DNA of 51,970 bases, taken from Catajapyx aquilonaris. Lineage: Eukaryota. The translations under genes and the position numbers were made by a program. Within the stretch, counting starts at the first letter, position 1; each line of letters starts with the position of its first letter. Where the stretch lies: NCBI GenBank assembly GCA_000934665.2, contig KZ538716.1, forward strand, positions 1 through 51,970, given 5' to 3'. Positions 29,838 through 44,100 of the stretch are shown here, one piece after another. The notes below the pieces were generated by a model, which did not search any database, was not told the DNA's origin, and saw nothing but the letters and a program-made list of their open reading frames with translations.

Positions 29838-32800
29838 TTATCCAGCACACACACTCACCAAAGCCAGTCTTCCTCGGAACCAATTTCTTTGGACCTGAGT
29901 CTTTTCTGCCTCCTTACTGTCCTCCCCATTGGTGAATGGAGAAGTAAAGAACTTGACAGATTCTCTAAAACGGTCTGGGATAGGTAGCCTGTCCAAGTCA
30001 AGTGCGAGGGATCTTCCAAACAGGGACACCTGTGGATAGCTAGGTATAACTCCTACACAAGAGGGGCACAAGACACCACCTTTAGACTGGTCACCAACAC
30101 TCTGGAAAAGAGGAGGGTGGGGGGATATTATCATATTTCATTTTTTAACCTGACACATACAGAACATGGTTTAGACATTTCTGTCTTCACGCCTTATGAT
30201 ATTATCAGATAATGCAAGGTTCAGTTGCTACTTTCTATTCAGATTTTCTCTTAATGCAACAAGCCAATTGATATCATGGTATAAAGTGAAAAAGCCATGC
30301 TGGTTGAAATGTGGCTGCCTAACGCATATCCAAAGACAGGTGGAACTTTCTTACCCACTTGACTGGAAGCACATTGCATATGAGAGCAGGGCATGGCTCG
30401 ACAAGTGGTTCATGACAATACAAACATATTGTAGTTGCATCATCTGCTCTTGCCAGGTAGTCGCTAGATGGAACCAAACGCTGGAATTGTTCCTGGAGGT
30501 AGAAAGGAAAGTCAAATGGCAGCGGCTCACATCATTTGCTGATATTCACTTCTTGTCAGTTTCTCAAAATCTACAGTCAGTACTGTATTATATTTACTCT
30601 TTATGTCACTAGAAAACTTTATTGATCATATCTTCTTATCTCTAAAGATTTAAAAAAAGATAATTTAAGAATAGATGTTAAAATTAATATACTTGCTCTG
30701 ATCTGAAAATATTGGGACACCCCCAAAAAATGGAGTGGTGGGGTTATACACAGGATGTGATAAAAAGTTTCCATTAAGATTATCTGGACTTTAGAATGGA
30801 TAATTATGAATAGTAACAATTGAGCTAGGAGGATACCAAATTTGAAGTTCATTTGACAGTTAACAACTGAAATAAATACGATTATACCTTGGACAGTGAA
30901 TTTCTGTGGGGTCTGGTAAAAATTGCTGCCACTATGTTAATTTCTTACTTAGCGGGATGTAAATGTTGATAATGAACCTGAGGGGCCGCACAAACCCAAT
31001 AACAGTTATGACATTAATTACAAAAAATCTAGCACAAAATAAAAAAATATTTATCATGGCTTGCAGATATGCCATTTTCTGTGCATTTTTGAATTAAGGA
31101 ATATTTAAAGCCATTTTACTTTAATTGCAATGAAATTTTTTATCATAGCACATTGGACTGAGTTCTAGATAAACAATACTATCACATTTTAATTTATTAA
31201 TAAATAACACTGTTAAATGTGGTACAGCCAAGTGTATCAATTTCTGAAAAAATCCACTTGCGATAAATATTTTTTAATTTTGTGCTAGATTTTTTGTAAT
31301 TAATGTCATAACTGTTTTTGGGTTTGTGCGGCCCCTCAGGTTCATTATCAACATTTACATCCCGCTAAGTAAGAAATAAACAGAGTGGCAGCAATTTTTA
31401 CCAGACCCCACAGAAATTCACTGTCCAAGGTATAATCGTATTTATTTCAGTTGTTAACTGTCAAATGAACTTCAAATTTGGTATCCTCCTAGCTCAATTG
31501 TTACTATTCATAATTATCCATTCTAAAGTCCAGATAATCTTAATGGAAACTTTTTATCACATCCTGTGTATAACCCCACCACTCCATTTTTTGGGGGTGT
31601 CCCAATATTTTCAGATCAGGGCAAGTACATAATATACTGTATACACAAAAATATTAAATTCGGCTGCCAAAATTATATGGGTGGTAGCGGGTGCTTATGG
31701 TAAAGGCATGGCATGGTCCGAAAGGCCATCGATGCTACGTCTAGAGATGCCAACCTTTGACATTGACAATGTGTATCCTGACAAGTATAGATACCTCTGT
31801 GATTGCCTGCATTGCTGGTTTCCAGGCCAGGTCAATTGAGCAATGGTCCGGGAGTTCGAGCGCCTGACCCCAGCGACCAGGAATGCAGGCATGCACAGGG
31901 GGTATCCATACTTGTCAGGATAGACGTCACCTTTAAGGCCCATGCCATGCTTCTTCCACACACACCTCCTACCACCCATAACATTTTGGCATATGAATTT
32001 GGGAACACACTGCATAACATGTCAGACACCATTTTTAAAATATACAAAAAGATTTACATACTAACTACAATAGGGGTTGCGTAAGTCCCTTTAGATGGGT
32101 ATCCACAGACATCTGCCATAATCGTCGGTGATCATGCAAAACCTCGTATCTCCAGCAAAAACCAATGGAAGATACGAGGTTTTGCATGATCACCGACAAT
32201 ATGTGGTGTGACTGAAATGTTCTGGAAGCAACTTTTACAACTACCATACAGCCTGAATAGCAAATAACACCAACACACAGGATGTTCCAAGTTTGTGGGT
32301 GGTTTTCAGTTATCACTAATATCGCCCAAAGTAGTTATTTTTGTGTAGCTTGTTGTGCCCCAATCCAGTTGCCCCATTACTCCCAGGCATGGCCTTAGAA
32401 TACTACGGTCTGGTCACTACCTCTTATCACCTGACGGGGCGTTTTGCGGGAGGTGCTCACTTGAGAGCGCCTTTCCAAATCTCTATACGTATGTGGCGAC
32501 CCTACCGGACAGAGCTGAACTTAGGAAGAAGGGAAGTGTCGGTCAAAATTAAGAATCTCATACTCGTATTCTGATCATTGCATATGATCATATGAGATTC
32601 TTAATTTTGACTGACGCTCTCCTTCTTCCTAAGTTCAGCTCTGTCCGGTAGGGTCGCCACGTACATATAGAGATTTAGAAAGGCGCTCTCAAGTGAGTAC
32701 CTCCCGCAAAACGCCCCGTCAGGCGATAAGATCTGATCATAGGGAGTGTGTCCAGGGGCTGCTCCCAGGTGGTCGAATATAGCAGTTGCTATAGAATAGG

Positions 32801-35800
32801 GCACCTGGTTTAATAGGGTGCAACAAGCTACAAAAAATAACAGCTACGAGCATAATTTCCTATAACTTAAAATGACCCACGAACTTGAAACACCATGTAC
32901 AGGGTGTCCACAATGAACCTCCCTAGTTTCAAAGAGCAGTAAAATATAGAAATACGGAGGTATTTAAGGTTTTGGTTGTTTAAATAGTCTGGAGAGTCAC
33001 CAAGTTTCATCCTGAATTTTTGGAACAGCATATTTGATGCAGTGGGGCTCCTGTGGGGGATGCTGTTGGAAGATGCAAACCTAGCATCTACAGTGAAAAA
33101 TACGCAAGCTGTGTAGTGGTTATCCGAGCTGAAGTCAATCACAGAAGTTCTGGACATTCGCCTTCCCACAACTCCAAGACAGAGTCTATGCAACTAAAGT
33201 GGACAGCGCAAATAATGGCGTGTCCTCCATCACCCCTGACATGCTGGAGATAACCTCTGGTGAGAAAGATTTTCAGCTTAAAATTGTGTTTGCTACTTAA
33301 AGGAGCACACATGGAGGGCTACTGATTTTTTCACATACACTTGATGAGTCTCCCTTTTCATTTGCACAGTTTTGAAACCATGGTCCAGTACTTGCATGAT
33401 CGTAGCAAGTTGAAACTAGGGCGGTTCATTGTGCACACCCTGTATATCAGAAAGTGTCTCATTCACTATTGGAAGAAAATATCAAACAACCTGATAAAAT
33501 ATTTGTACTTGCTGATAGCTAATAATAATAAGCCACTTTCAAAAAGATAACTTCCATTAGACAGTACATGCAGTAGTAACAGTAGTAGAGTTTTTAACCC
33601 TTAACTACGTAGGAGGGCGAAACACCTTTAACTACATAGGTGGAGCCTGAGAGGCTTCAATGGTATATTTAAATTTCTGCTTATCAACTAAATTGTTATA
33701 TTGGACTTTTCACATACAGAAAGTTCAGTTCAGATCATTAGGCTTCCGAAATCATAAAAATCACACGCTGGGTCAGCATATGCCGCCAGGGAAAAATTTT
33801 TATTTAAAAGGTTACATCATGTTTGAGCCGCTCAGGCTTCACCTGCATAGGTAGAGCCTGAGCGGTTCCAGGAGGGACCTGTTCCTCGTTACGAATTTTT
33901 TTTAACCAAAGAATAGGGACTTAAAAAATTTTTCTTTCCTTTTCATGCTTAGGAAGGTTTTTCTGACAGTCATGGAAGGACAAGGGAAAATAAAATTCAA
34001 TGAAAAAGTTTCATGCGTTTACATAGTGCTTGGAGCCTCTCAGGCTCCACCTACGTAGTTAAGGGTTTTAAAAAATCAGTTATTTGTCACTTTCATTATG
34101 CCATGTATGCTTCTGACTGAGTATGGATGTATGGTGAGGTGGATTGTCAACATGCATATGAAGTATTCCTACTCTTACACACTATTGCCTACAACAAGAA
34201 CCAGATGTGACTCTAAAATTTAAGGCAAATTATAAAATGTTGATTCAAAGATGGACCCAGCAAAATCATAAAGGATGTCAAAAACAAAATTATCCCAGTT
34301 GATTTTTCTAAATTCCACTAGGGATCATCCTGCAAGTTATTAACACCCAATCACCTTATGCACCTGTTACATGTTCACTTGATGTGCAGCATTATCTGTC
34401 GCTGACTGGTATAACTGAACAAAAGATAACATTGATGATCTCTGTCTGAGCCAAAATCCCTATTAAAAACTATGGGAATTTCATAGAAAAAGAATATCAC
34501 AAGCAACTTCAGTTAACCCCTTGGGTCCCAGCTATACCAGCCATCGCCTAGTTTTCCACTTACGAGTAGGCCTACTCTGAAGATACAGACAATATATTTT
34601 ACATACAATAACAGCCATACTTACCAGATCAGGGGAAATGCTATGAATGTGTCTGGAACAATTTTCCTCATCTAGAAGAATAGTCCGTAAATTAATTTCC
34701 AAAAATATTGCTGTAAAACTAGAAATTCGAGTACTTCCGGCTAACTGCTTGGCTGATTTAATTATGAAATATGTTAAAATACATGGAATAACAATATTGA
34801 GAATAGTTCCACACGAATTTGCTGAAGTCGTCATACTTTGCGAGAAAGAAATTATTTCTTATCTGCAGCTTTCCAGTTACTTCGGAAATTTCCCAAATTA
34901 ATTTATTTCTCGCGAAGTACGACGATTTCAGCAACTTCGTCTGGCAAGGTTCTCAAGGTTAATATTCCATATATTTTAACGTATTTCATAATTAAATCAC
35001 CCTAACTGCTGGCTGGCAGCTCTCGAATTTCGAGTTTTTTTTACAGCGATCTTTTTGGAAATTAATTTAGGAACTTCTAGAGGAGGAAAATTGTTCCAAA
35101 CACATTCGTAACATTTTCAAGGATCATGTAAGTATAGCTGTTATTATTTTGTAAAATATACAGGGTGGTCCAACTTTTTTGTCCAAACAGCTATTGACAA
35201 ATTCGCCCTAAGCTGCTTATGTTGTAGTGTGTTACCTGGCAACCCCGGCCAGCGGGCCAATTCAAACATCAGCACATGGAGAGTGCTTAGTTGGAGTATG
35301 TGCAGGTTCTCATGGTGCTCCTCTGCCACTGGGGCCAGGTTAATTGTGTATTATTAGAGCCCTGGAAGCTCTTGGCCGGATATGGATATGGAATCGGCAA
35401 TGGAAAGAACACTTAGCACTCGCCTCCATGTGCTGATGTTTGAATTGGCCCGTCGGCCGGGGTTGCCAGGTAACGCACTACAACATAAGCAGCTTAGGCC
35501 GAATTTGTCAATAGCTGTTCGGACAAAAAAGTTGGACCACCCTGTATTGTCCTTATCTTCAGAGTACGTGTAAGGGCAAATCTAGGCGGTGGCCTAATGG
35601 TTGGCCAGTAGTACTTGAATTTCAAGTTACTTTTGAAAATTAATTTAGGGACTTCTAGACGAGTTAAAATTGTTTCCAACGAATTCATAGTGTAGAGCAT
35701 GAACGTGTAAGTGTATCTGTTATTATTTGTGAAATATCATGTCCTTATCTTCAGAGTAGGCTAAGTGCAAGATAAAATCTAGGCGATGGAATTTACAGCA

Positions 35801-37447
35801 ATCTTTTTGGAAATTAATTTAGGGCCTTCTAGACAAGGAATATTGTTTCCAAGATATACGTCATGTTTTCCCTGAACCTGTAAGTATAGCTGTTATTATA
35901 TGTAAAATATCTCATAATTATCATCAGAGTACATGCAAGCCAAAATCTAGGCGATGGCAGCATAGCTATACTCTGCGGCGATCCTTTTGGAAATTAATTT
36001 AGGGACTTCTAGACAAGGAACTGGTTCCAAACACATACATAGCATAGAGCATGAATGCGTAAGTATAGCTGTTATTATTGGTAAAATATTTTATTTTTTA
36101 TCTTCAGATGTAAGTTTAACAGAAACGAAGATCTAGGCGATGGCAGTATAGCTGGAGCCCAAAGGGTTAAGGAATGTGTACTTTCAAAAACACCATGCAC
36201 ATCATCGAAGTTAAAATTAATGCACTGACCTGACCAGCAAATAACACATAATACAGGACCGAGTTGATAATGAGTCTTCTCTTGGCCCTGGTAAGAGCCA
36301 CATACAGGATATTGGCCTCTTCACTGACATTCTCCATGGTTTTCTGTATTACAACAGAGCCAGCAGGACTAACAGCAATACCAAGAGGAGCAAAGACAAG
36401 GGCACCCACTGTATCTAAATTGTAATGGCAGCCAGGCAGTAGGCTGCAACCTTGCAGGAAATCGTCCAGCAAAACAACATTGTCCCACTCAAGCCCCTTT
36501 GCCTTGTGCACAGTGCTAAATACCACATCTGGAACACAGAAACATAAAAATCACACCAAGATTGAAGGTCAGTACATTTTATATTGCGAGTATTTCATTG
36601 GTCAGCCTGAGCAAAACAACGATCCAGAAAATGCACTTGCATGTTCAGTACACATAAATCTTCAGCCAAATGTATCCTGGTCCCACAAAACCATCAGTAA
36701 ATAATTACAATGTTTCTTTTTTCTTTTTTTAAATATACAGCAATAATGGTTATTTTGCAAATCCCACCATTGAGAGCAAGTCAGAGTTGAGTTGGATGTC
36801 TGGACATATAATGAAAAGGAAGTGTGGAAATTACTCTACTCCCACCCTAGAACTCATTTGCATGTTTTCCGGAAAGAAGTGGCAGCAAACAGAGAGTGTC
36901 CTTTTACCACAGGTATCCTCTCCTGACAAGGAAACCTTCTAGACTAGTGGTTCCCAACCTTTTCGGGTCGCGACCCCCCTTTATGATAGTTCGTGATGAA
37001 ATTACAGCTATAAAACTTATTTTATTGATTTATTTATTTTGGTTATTTTTTATTTTATAAAAATAACCGCGACCTCTCACGGCCTCCCTGCACCAGCTCC
37101 ATGGCCCCCAGGTTGGGAACCACTGTTCTAGACTATCTCCCAACCTGGGGGTCGCAAAGCCTTTTCCAGGGGGTCGCACGGTGTCTCCCATCTCTTCATT
37201 TCGTGCAGAGTTAGGTCGTCTCTGGCTTCGTCTCGGGTGGAATCTCTGACAGACTAATCCACCCAGGGGAGTTCACAAAATGTACCATAAACAGACATTG
37301 CACTTGCACTTTGCACATCCCCTCCCAGTCACCCTGCCCATGGGCCTGGGCACTTCGCTCAAAGTTCCAGATGTGTACTGTACTACACCATCAAAGGTAC
37401 AATAAAGGTCCGTGCTACATACCTCTCTGAGGTAAAGCACTACCCGG

Positions 37448-37524
<77 letters not shown>

Positions 37525-38119
37525 TCATTATTATAGGAAATTTTACCACAAAGGTTTTTAAAATATGTTTTGGACTTTTTATTCGTGAGATATTTGTGGT
37601 CAAACGCACGGTCCAATATTTTTTTCAAATGAATAGTATGGGAGGCAGATTCGGCTGTTGCGTTAGTGGAAATCCACAATACAACACAGCCTCAGCAGGG
37701 CCCCTACAAATTTCGGGGCCCAGAGAAGCGTCTTTAACTTGCACATAGCGCCTGGATGACAATTTCACATTATGCAGAAGCTAATACCTTTATCACCAAA
37801 GAGGTAGGGAGACGGAGTGGCGCCGCGCCCATGGATGTTAAGGTCCCGGGTTCGATCCCAGCCCGGGGACACCCCCTTCATCTCATGCAGAGTTCAGGGT
37901 CAACTCTGGCTTCGTCTCGGGTGGTATTTCCTACAGACTAAACCACCCGGGGGGAGCTCACTAAAAATGGCCACACGTCAGATGCACTGCACTTGCACAT
38001 CCCCTCCTGTCATCCTGCCCTTGGGCCCGGGCGCTTCAATAATAGGATTCCCAGAATTGTACACCATCACAATAAAGGTCTGGCAAAAAACCCCTGTGGG
38101 GTTAGCCGAATACCCAATC

Positions 38120-38191
<72 letters not shown>

Positions 38192-41100
38192 CACCAAAGA
38201 GCCCTCGCGTGACTTTAAATAAATTTGCTCTCATTTGCTAATAATTTAACTTCTAGGGGCCCCACATCACTTTAGCAGTTGAGCAGTTGGAAACTCGAAA
38301 TTTTATTTTTAAGGTTCTTGTTAATTGACATCAAAAAGACATATTAATTTCATAACAATCATACCTCTAAAAAAGGTACACATGTTACAAACCCAAGACG
38401 ACCCCACAGCACGGGGCCCGGGGCGGCCACCCCACTCGCCCCTACCCCCATGCGCCAGCACTGTCTATACCACCTGTAGATTCTTTTTTTTTTTTTTTTT
38501 TGTTTTACCCCATTTCAGGGACCGAGCCCTTTCAGGGGGGTGGGCTACCACCATCTGGGTGAAACTTGTATACTGTGGACAGTATTGAGTGTGTTTCACG
38601 CAGGGAGTCAAAGACGGGAATTATTTCACTTCCTATTCCACTTCCACTCCGGACTGAAAGTCAGGGACGGAAATGATTTCCGTCCCAGAGAGGACGGACG
38701 TGGGTTGGGATGGAAATAATTTCAGTCCCGGCGAGGACGGACGCGGGTTGGGACGGAAATAATTTCAGTCCCGGCGAGGACGGACGGAGGTTGGGACGGG
38801 AATCATTTCAGTCCCGGCGAGGACGGACGCGGGTTGGGACGGAAATCATTTCAGTCCCGGAGAGGACTGAAACAGCTTGGGATGGAAATCATTTCAGTCT
38901 CGGAGAGGACGGAATTTAAAGCGCGGATTTCAGTCCCTCCCCGGATACATATATGAATCAGTCCGATTTAAGTCATATCCGAGAACCGGTCTTAAGGCAG
39001 GTTCACACTAGCTGCCGGTAGCATACGAAACGAACGGAACGGTATGACGGAACGAACGGAAAGAGGGGAAAGGTGTTCAGACACAAAAGCGAGTGGCGTG
39101 GCTTTAGCCTCCGTATCCCGCAGCGCATGCGCTGTGCTTGAATTCTCGGGGAGGAAGCCGGATCTCCCTCGGGCTCTCCCTCTCTTCGGACCGGTATCAT
39201 ACCCTTCTCTTCTCCCATCTCCCGAAGCCCGCTCCCCCTGGGTCTCGACTCCCGACTGATGTCCTTCGTCCTGTCCCTTTCACTTTCGCTCGCCACACCC
39301 CTGCCTCTTTCCTGGCTCTTCCATTGGTGGATAGGTCCGTAAGCCTACGTATTCCGTATTCCGTGTCCGTCAGAAGTTGATTTCTCCCGACTTTTCCGTT
39401 TCGTAATCCCTTTCACTTTTCGTCATCCTCAAGTGGCTCTGATTGGTCCACTCTTTCCTTTCGGATCGTTCTTTTCGTATGCTCCCGTCAGCTAGTGTGA
39501 ACCCCCCTTAATGCTGTCATGGACTCATGCCATTGTCTGTTGTATTACGTGGGGACAACGTCTGGACTCCAAATATGTTTTTCGTGAGGACTGATATTAC
39601 ATACAAAGTAAATATCAGTCCTCATTTCCATCCTTTCCCATTTCCCGTCCTATCCGTCACTTCCCTCCTCAATTCAATCCTCTGTTAACTCCTCCATTTC
39701 CGTCCCCTCCCGAATTTCCGTCCGTATTCCCATCCTCCATATGCGTCCCCTCCCGAATTTCCGTCCGTATTCCCGTCCTTCATTTCCGTCCTCTCCCGAA
39801 TTACCATCCCGATTTCCGTCCTTCATTTCCGTCCTCTCCCGAATTTCCGTCCCGATTTCCGTCCTTCATTTCCGTCCCCTCCCGAATTTCCGTCCGTATT
39901 CCCGTCCTTCATTTCCGTCCTCTCCCGAATTTCCGTCCCGATTTCCGTCCTTCATTTCCGTCCCCTCCCGAATTTCCGTCCCGATTTCTGTCCTGATTTT
40001 CCGTCCTTGCCGCGGTAGAATACCGAAGAGGACGGAAAAGGAGAGCGTCCTTTCCCCATCCGTCCGATTTCCGTCCCAATCCCTGGTTTCACGGGTAAGT
40101 AGGAGGGGATGTGCAAAGTGCATGTGCAATGTCTCATACGGTCATTTTGTGAACTCCCCCGGGTGGCTTAGTCTATCGGAAATTGCCACCCGAAACGAAG
40201 CCAGAGATGGCCCAACTCTGCACGAAAGAAGGTGGGAACCCCGGGTGGGGATTGAACCCGGGACCTTAACTTCCGTGGGCGCACGCGTTACCGCGGCGCC
40301 ACTCCGTCTCCCTTGTAGATTCATATTCAGTCTAGTTTTTGCTGACCCATCGAATCTTACCTCCATGAAGACCTATCATGGGAACTGTGTGGACCCTTTC
40401 AAAGAAGTTACATTATCCACTCATAGTGCAACACAAAAGTGGCTCACTGCCAAAATAATTAAATTCTAGATGCAGTATGTCACTTTCGAACGTGCTGAAA
40501 TGTAGAGCACATTAAATATTTCAACATTATTTTAAACATCTGCTCACCTGCTCTGTTGGAATCAGCACTGCACTTATTATGTATTATGGGTACATAATGA
40601 AGAATTCCATGTTGGTACTCGGTCACCATAGCTATCTTTCCAAGAAGCTCGTAATCGTCACTTCCTTTTGCATATGCATTCAAGTCTCTGAAACTGTGAA
40701 ACCGGGACAGAAACTTGTCCTTCACTCGACTGCGGTCACCTGAAGTTTCAAGTATACATATCCTTATTATTTGAAACTCACAAACTGGAGTTAGTGAGAA
40801 ACACTTATAAATGCTATGTGGTAAGTGTGATTTCTGCAAAAATTAAATGATATTGAAGTTGTATTCACAGTTCTAAAAATAAAAAGGACAGTCCATTACA
40901 GGTTATAATATTTGAACAGGCCATGTTAATGTTCTGTGACATTTCCATTTTAGAGTGTGTATTGCCAAAGCAGGAACTATCGGTAACATAAAGGTTTGGC
41001 CAGTCCGGCCCCAACTCTTTCATTCTTCCTGGCTTGATGTTGATTCCCCCCTCCCTTAATCTCTCTCTTTTCCAGGAGGCACCTTGTTTTGCAACCATAT

Positions 41101-44100
41101 AAGTTACAAAGACAGATGAGCAAGCAGACAGGGAGAGAGTGAGAGAGGAGAAAAAAACCCAGCAGATAAGCTCCCTCCCCCCCCCCCCCCACACACACAC
41201 CTTCCTCACCTTGGCCCTAATTTTACCTTAAAATTAACATCACAAATTTCCCGTAGTCTACAACTTTGCCAAGTGTCAGTCTCCTACCACGTTAATTCCG
41301 AATATAGTTGTGCAAATTTTCTGATCATTTTACCTTTATTCAGCATTTTGTTACCATTTTGTTTAAGTAGACACCGCACGGTCAATTTTGTAACTGTATA
41401 ATCTGTATAAATCCGTATAATGTGCGATGTTACCATTCTTTGAGATGGGTGGTGATAGTTGTACCATAGGAGCAACATAACTTATTTATTTAATAACTTA
41501 TAATTATTAGAGAACGGATTTCTAGGTTTTTACCTACTTTTTATTTTGCAGGCAGAACACCGGAATCAGAATATCTATCCATTTCATAACACAAGGATCT
41601 CAAAAATCATAGTTTTATCGAACCTAAACTTGCCTATTTTGGGCTCTGGAACCTAAATGGCCTATTTCCACCTTTTTGACACCGTTTTGTAAGATTTTCG
41701 AGAGTTCTGCAGGTTTTCCGTTCAAGAAATCCCTCCCACTTCCATCTGTGAAGGGCGAAGAAGGTGTACGCATGCCGGATGAACTGGCAGTAGAAAGGGC
41801 AACACGGTGGCCGAGTGGTTAGCGCCGCAGCCTTCCACCTCTAAGGTCCCGAGTTCGATCCCCGGGTTGGACGGAGGATACTTATGTGGATAGAGTTTAG
41901 ATGGGTTCTCTCCGTGTTCGCGTGGGTTTTCTCGGGGTTCTCCCGTTTCCTCCCACTATCAAAATCCATCACATTTCAGGCAAATGATTAAAGTCGGTTT
42001 TCAAATGATGATCCCCTAAGAGGCCCAAGGGGCCTATCACGGGGTATCCATTATTATTATTATTATAAACTGGCAGTAGAAGACATTTCATTTTTTAAGT
42101 ATGATCCAGTTGCTTTGTGTGATGTCAAAACGTCATTTTCAGCATGTAGAAATGTATTGTCAGACAGGTGCTGCTGAATAACTGCGATTAACCAACGAAA
42201 ATATGAAACAACTGCTAGTTCATTACTGTCCTGCAAAAATTCCATGGCCAGAAATAGGCTGTAATATTGTGTAGCAATGAAAATAAATTAGCACCTGCTT
42301 GATTGTTACTGCCTATTACCCCTTTGACAGCGGGGTTTTTTGGCAGTTTATTTATTTGAAGTAGGATTGATGTAAAACAATATGCTCCAATACTTATCAT
42401 TTTAACTTATGGTGATCCTTTTGAATGTAAAATGCCGAAAAAATGCATCTACTGGGTCTTGCAGAAAAAAATTTAATGTGCAATTAACTTTATATGTAAT
42501 TAAATTTATTTAAATTTTTTAATTCACTATAAAATTGTTACAATGGTTACATAATAATACTAAAATGGATAAGGCGTCCGACTGCTAATCGGGAGGTCCT
42601 GGGTTCGAATCCCGGGGCCGGCAACTCTGACAGTGGTTTTCTGTGGTTTCCCACAGTCCTTCCAGGAAAATTCCGGAGTTGCTTCCGTAATTAATAGGCC
42701 ACAGCCGCTTCCTTCCGTCCCTATCCTATCCCAAAAAGTGCAGTAAAATGAAAGCAAAGAGTTCCAGGCAAAACAAAACTTCCCCCCTAAAGAGCCGACA
42801 GGCTGATAACGGGGTATGAATTATTAATAATACTAAAACACTGTACTATGAGAAATTCCTAAGAATCCAGACTTACGGACACCCTGTTCTGATGCCGTGG
42901 GAGGGGGTATGTTTAGCTCATGCTGACAGGCGGAAAAACTGATTAGCATATGCCATGGCAGTTGAGCCCCCTTCCACAAGGTGGTAGGAGCAGTTTGAGC
43001 CTCAAACTGTGCCATTTCTATCAACACTCTAGCATTCCCAGTTCAAAAACCCGCAGGACCTCATATGAGGTACATGGTCCTCTAAGGGTTAAGAGCCTAT
43101 TTTGACTGTTTTCAGGGGCTAAATGCCTACCTATTTGAGGATTTTTTAGAACTTAAAAATCCGTTCCTTAATAATTATCAATATTGAGCTGAGACTTGAA
43201 AATGATGAATGGGAGATTCATAATGGCCCATGTACATTAGCCTATAAGCTGAAACAGAGTGCATGAAAATCTATCAAGAAACTCCAAAACTTTTCACAAT
43301 GACATTGAAATGGTGACTATCAATTGTCATCACAAACAACAAGCATTCTGCAACACTGGACACAGGAAGGAACATGTTAACACTAACCTGTCTCTTTCAG
43401 GATGCAAATGTCAATCAACTGGCCGTATCCATAGCTTTCTACCCCCTAAAAGAAAAATAAAACTAATATGGAGATTACTCAAGGCCTTCAATGAAAGGCT
43501 GTTAGAATTAAACAGATAGTAGTATGTAGCTGTCCAGGTATGTTCCAAGACAGCCAGAAAACACACCACTATAGACCATAATTATTAGACATTTTTAAAG
43601 TAGCAGGAGTAACAAATCTCATCAGTTTCATAAAATATAGGCTACAAGATATACAGTAAATCATAAAAATGTACATATTGTAAGCAAGAATGCACTAAAA
43701 TGCAAATCAACTCACCCCAACAAATGCAAAAGTGACATTCTGATGATCTGGGCCAGGTTCACATACAACCCTGACGACTTCTTTAAAAAGGGCAAGGTTG
43801 GTACGAGCCAGTACAGCCAGGCGGCATTTTTGCACTCCTTTTCTCCCACTGCCTTGTTCTCCAAGAGAAGGCAAGGTACACCCCATGACTCCATCCTCTC
43901 CTCTCCCTCCTATCATCAATTGCTTCTGGGGACCCTTCAGGGCCTCAAGACATAAGTTGGCAACATAGCTTATCTGAGGTCCGAATCTGAAAGACTGGAA
44001 AAAAAAAAGAAAAATGTGAACTTTCTTATTTATATCAACCTACCACTCATTCAACATGTATTTATCTTCATATAAAATTCACACAGAAATTTTGCATAAA

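Larger units (their letters stand above)
38484..40313 (-). mobile_element. SINE family B copy split by a hAT element
   Basis: Head and core at 40313-40094, tail and poly(A) at 38592-38484. TSD TGTAGATTC at 38475-38483 and 40314-40322. Confidence 0.75.
41508..43170. mobile_element. Non-autonomous hAT-like element (related to 13891-14514) containing two SINEs
   Basis: TIR TAGAGAACGGATTTCTAGG / CTTAAAAATCCGTTCCTTA. Perfect TSD ATAATTAT at 41500-41507 and 43171-43178. GCCTATTT subterminal motifs. Confidence 0.75.

Noticed and set aside
37415..38241. ORFs with poly-N, poly-Y and poly-L runs
   Set aside because: They are (ATT)n SINE tails.
38660..38915. Regular ~40-bp repeats resembling a CRISPR array
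   Set aside because: The units are tandem with no unique spacers, there are no cas genes, and the context is eukaryotic. They are hAT subterminal repeats mirrored at 39695-40010.
39741..40469. 242-aa ORF
   Set aside because: It is the translation of tandem transposon repeats plus an antisense SINE, and lies antisense within an FBH1 intron.
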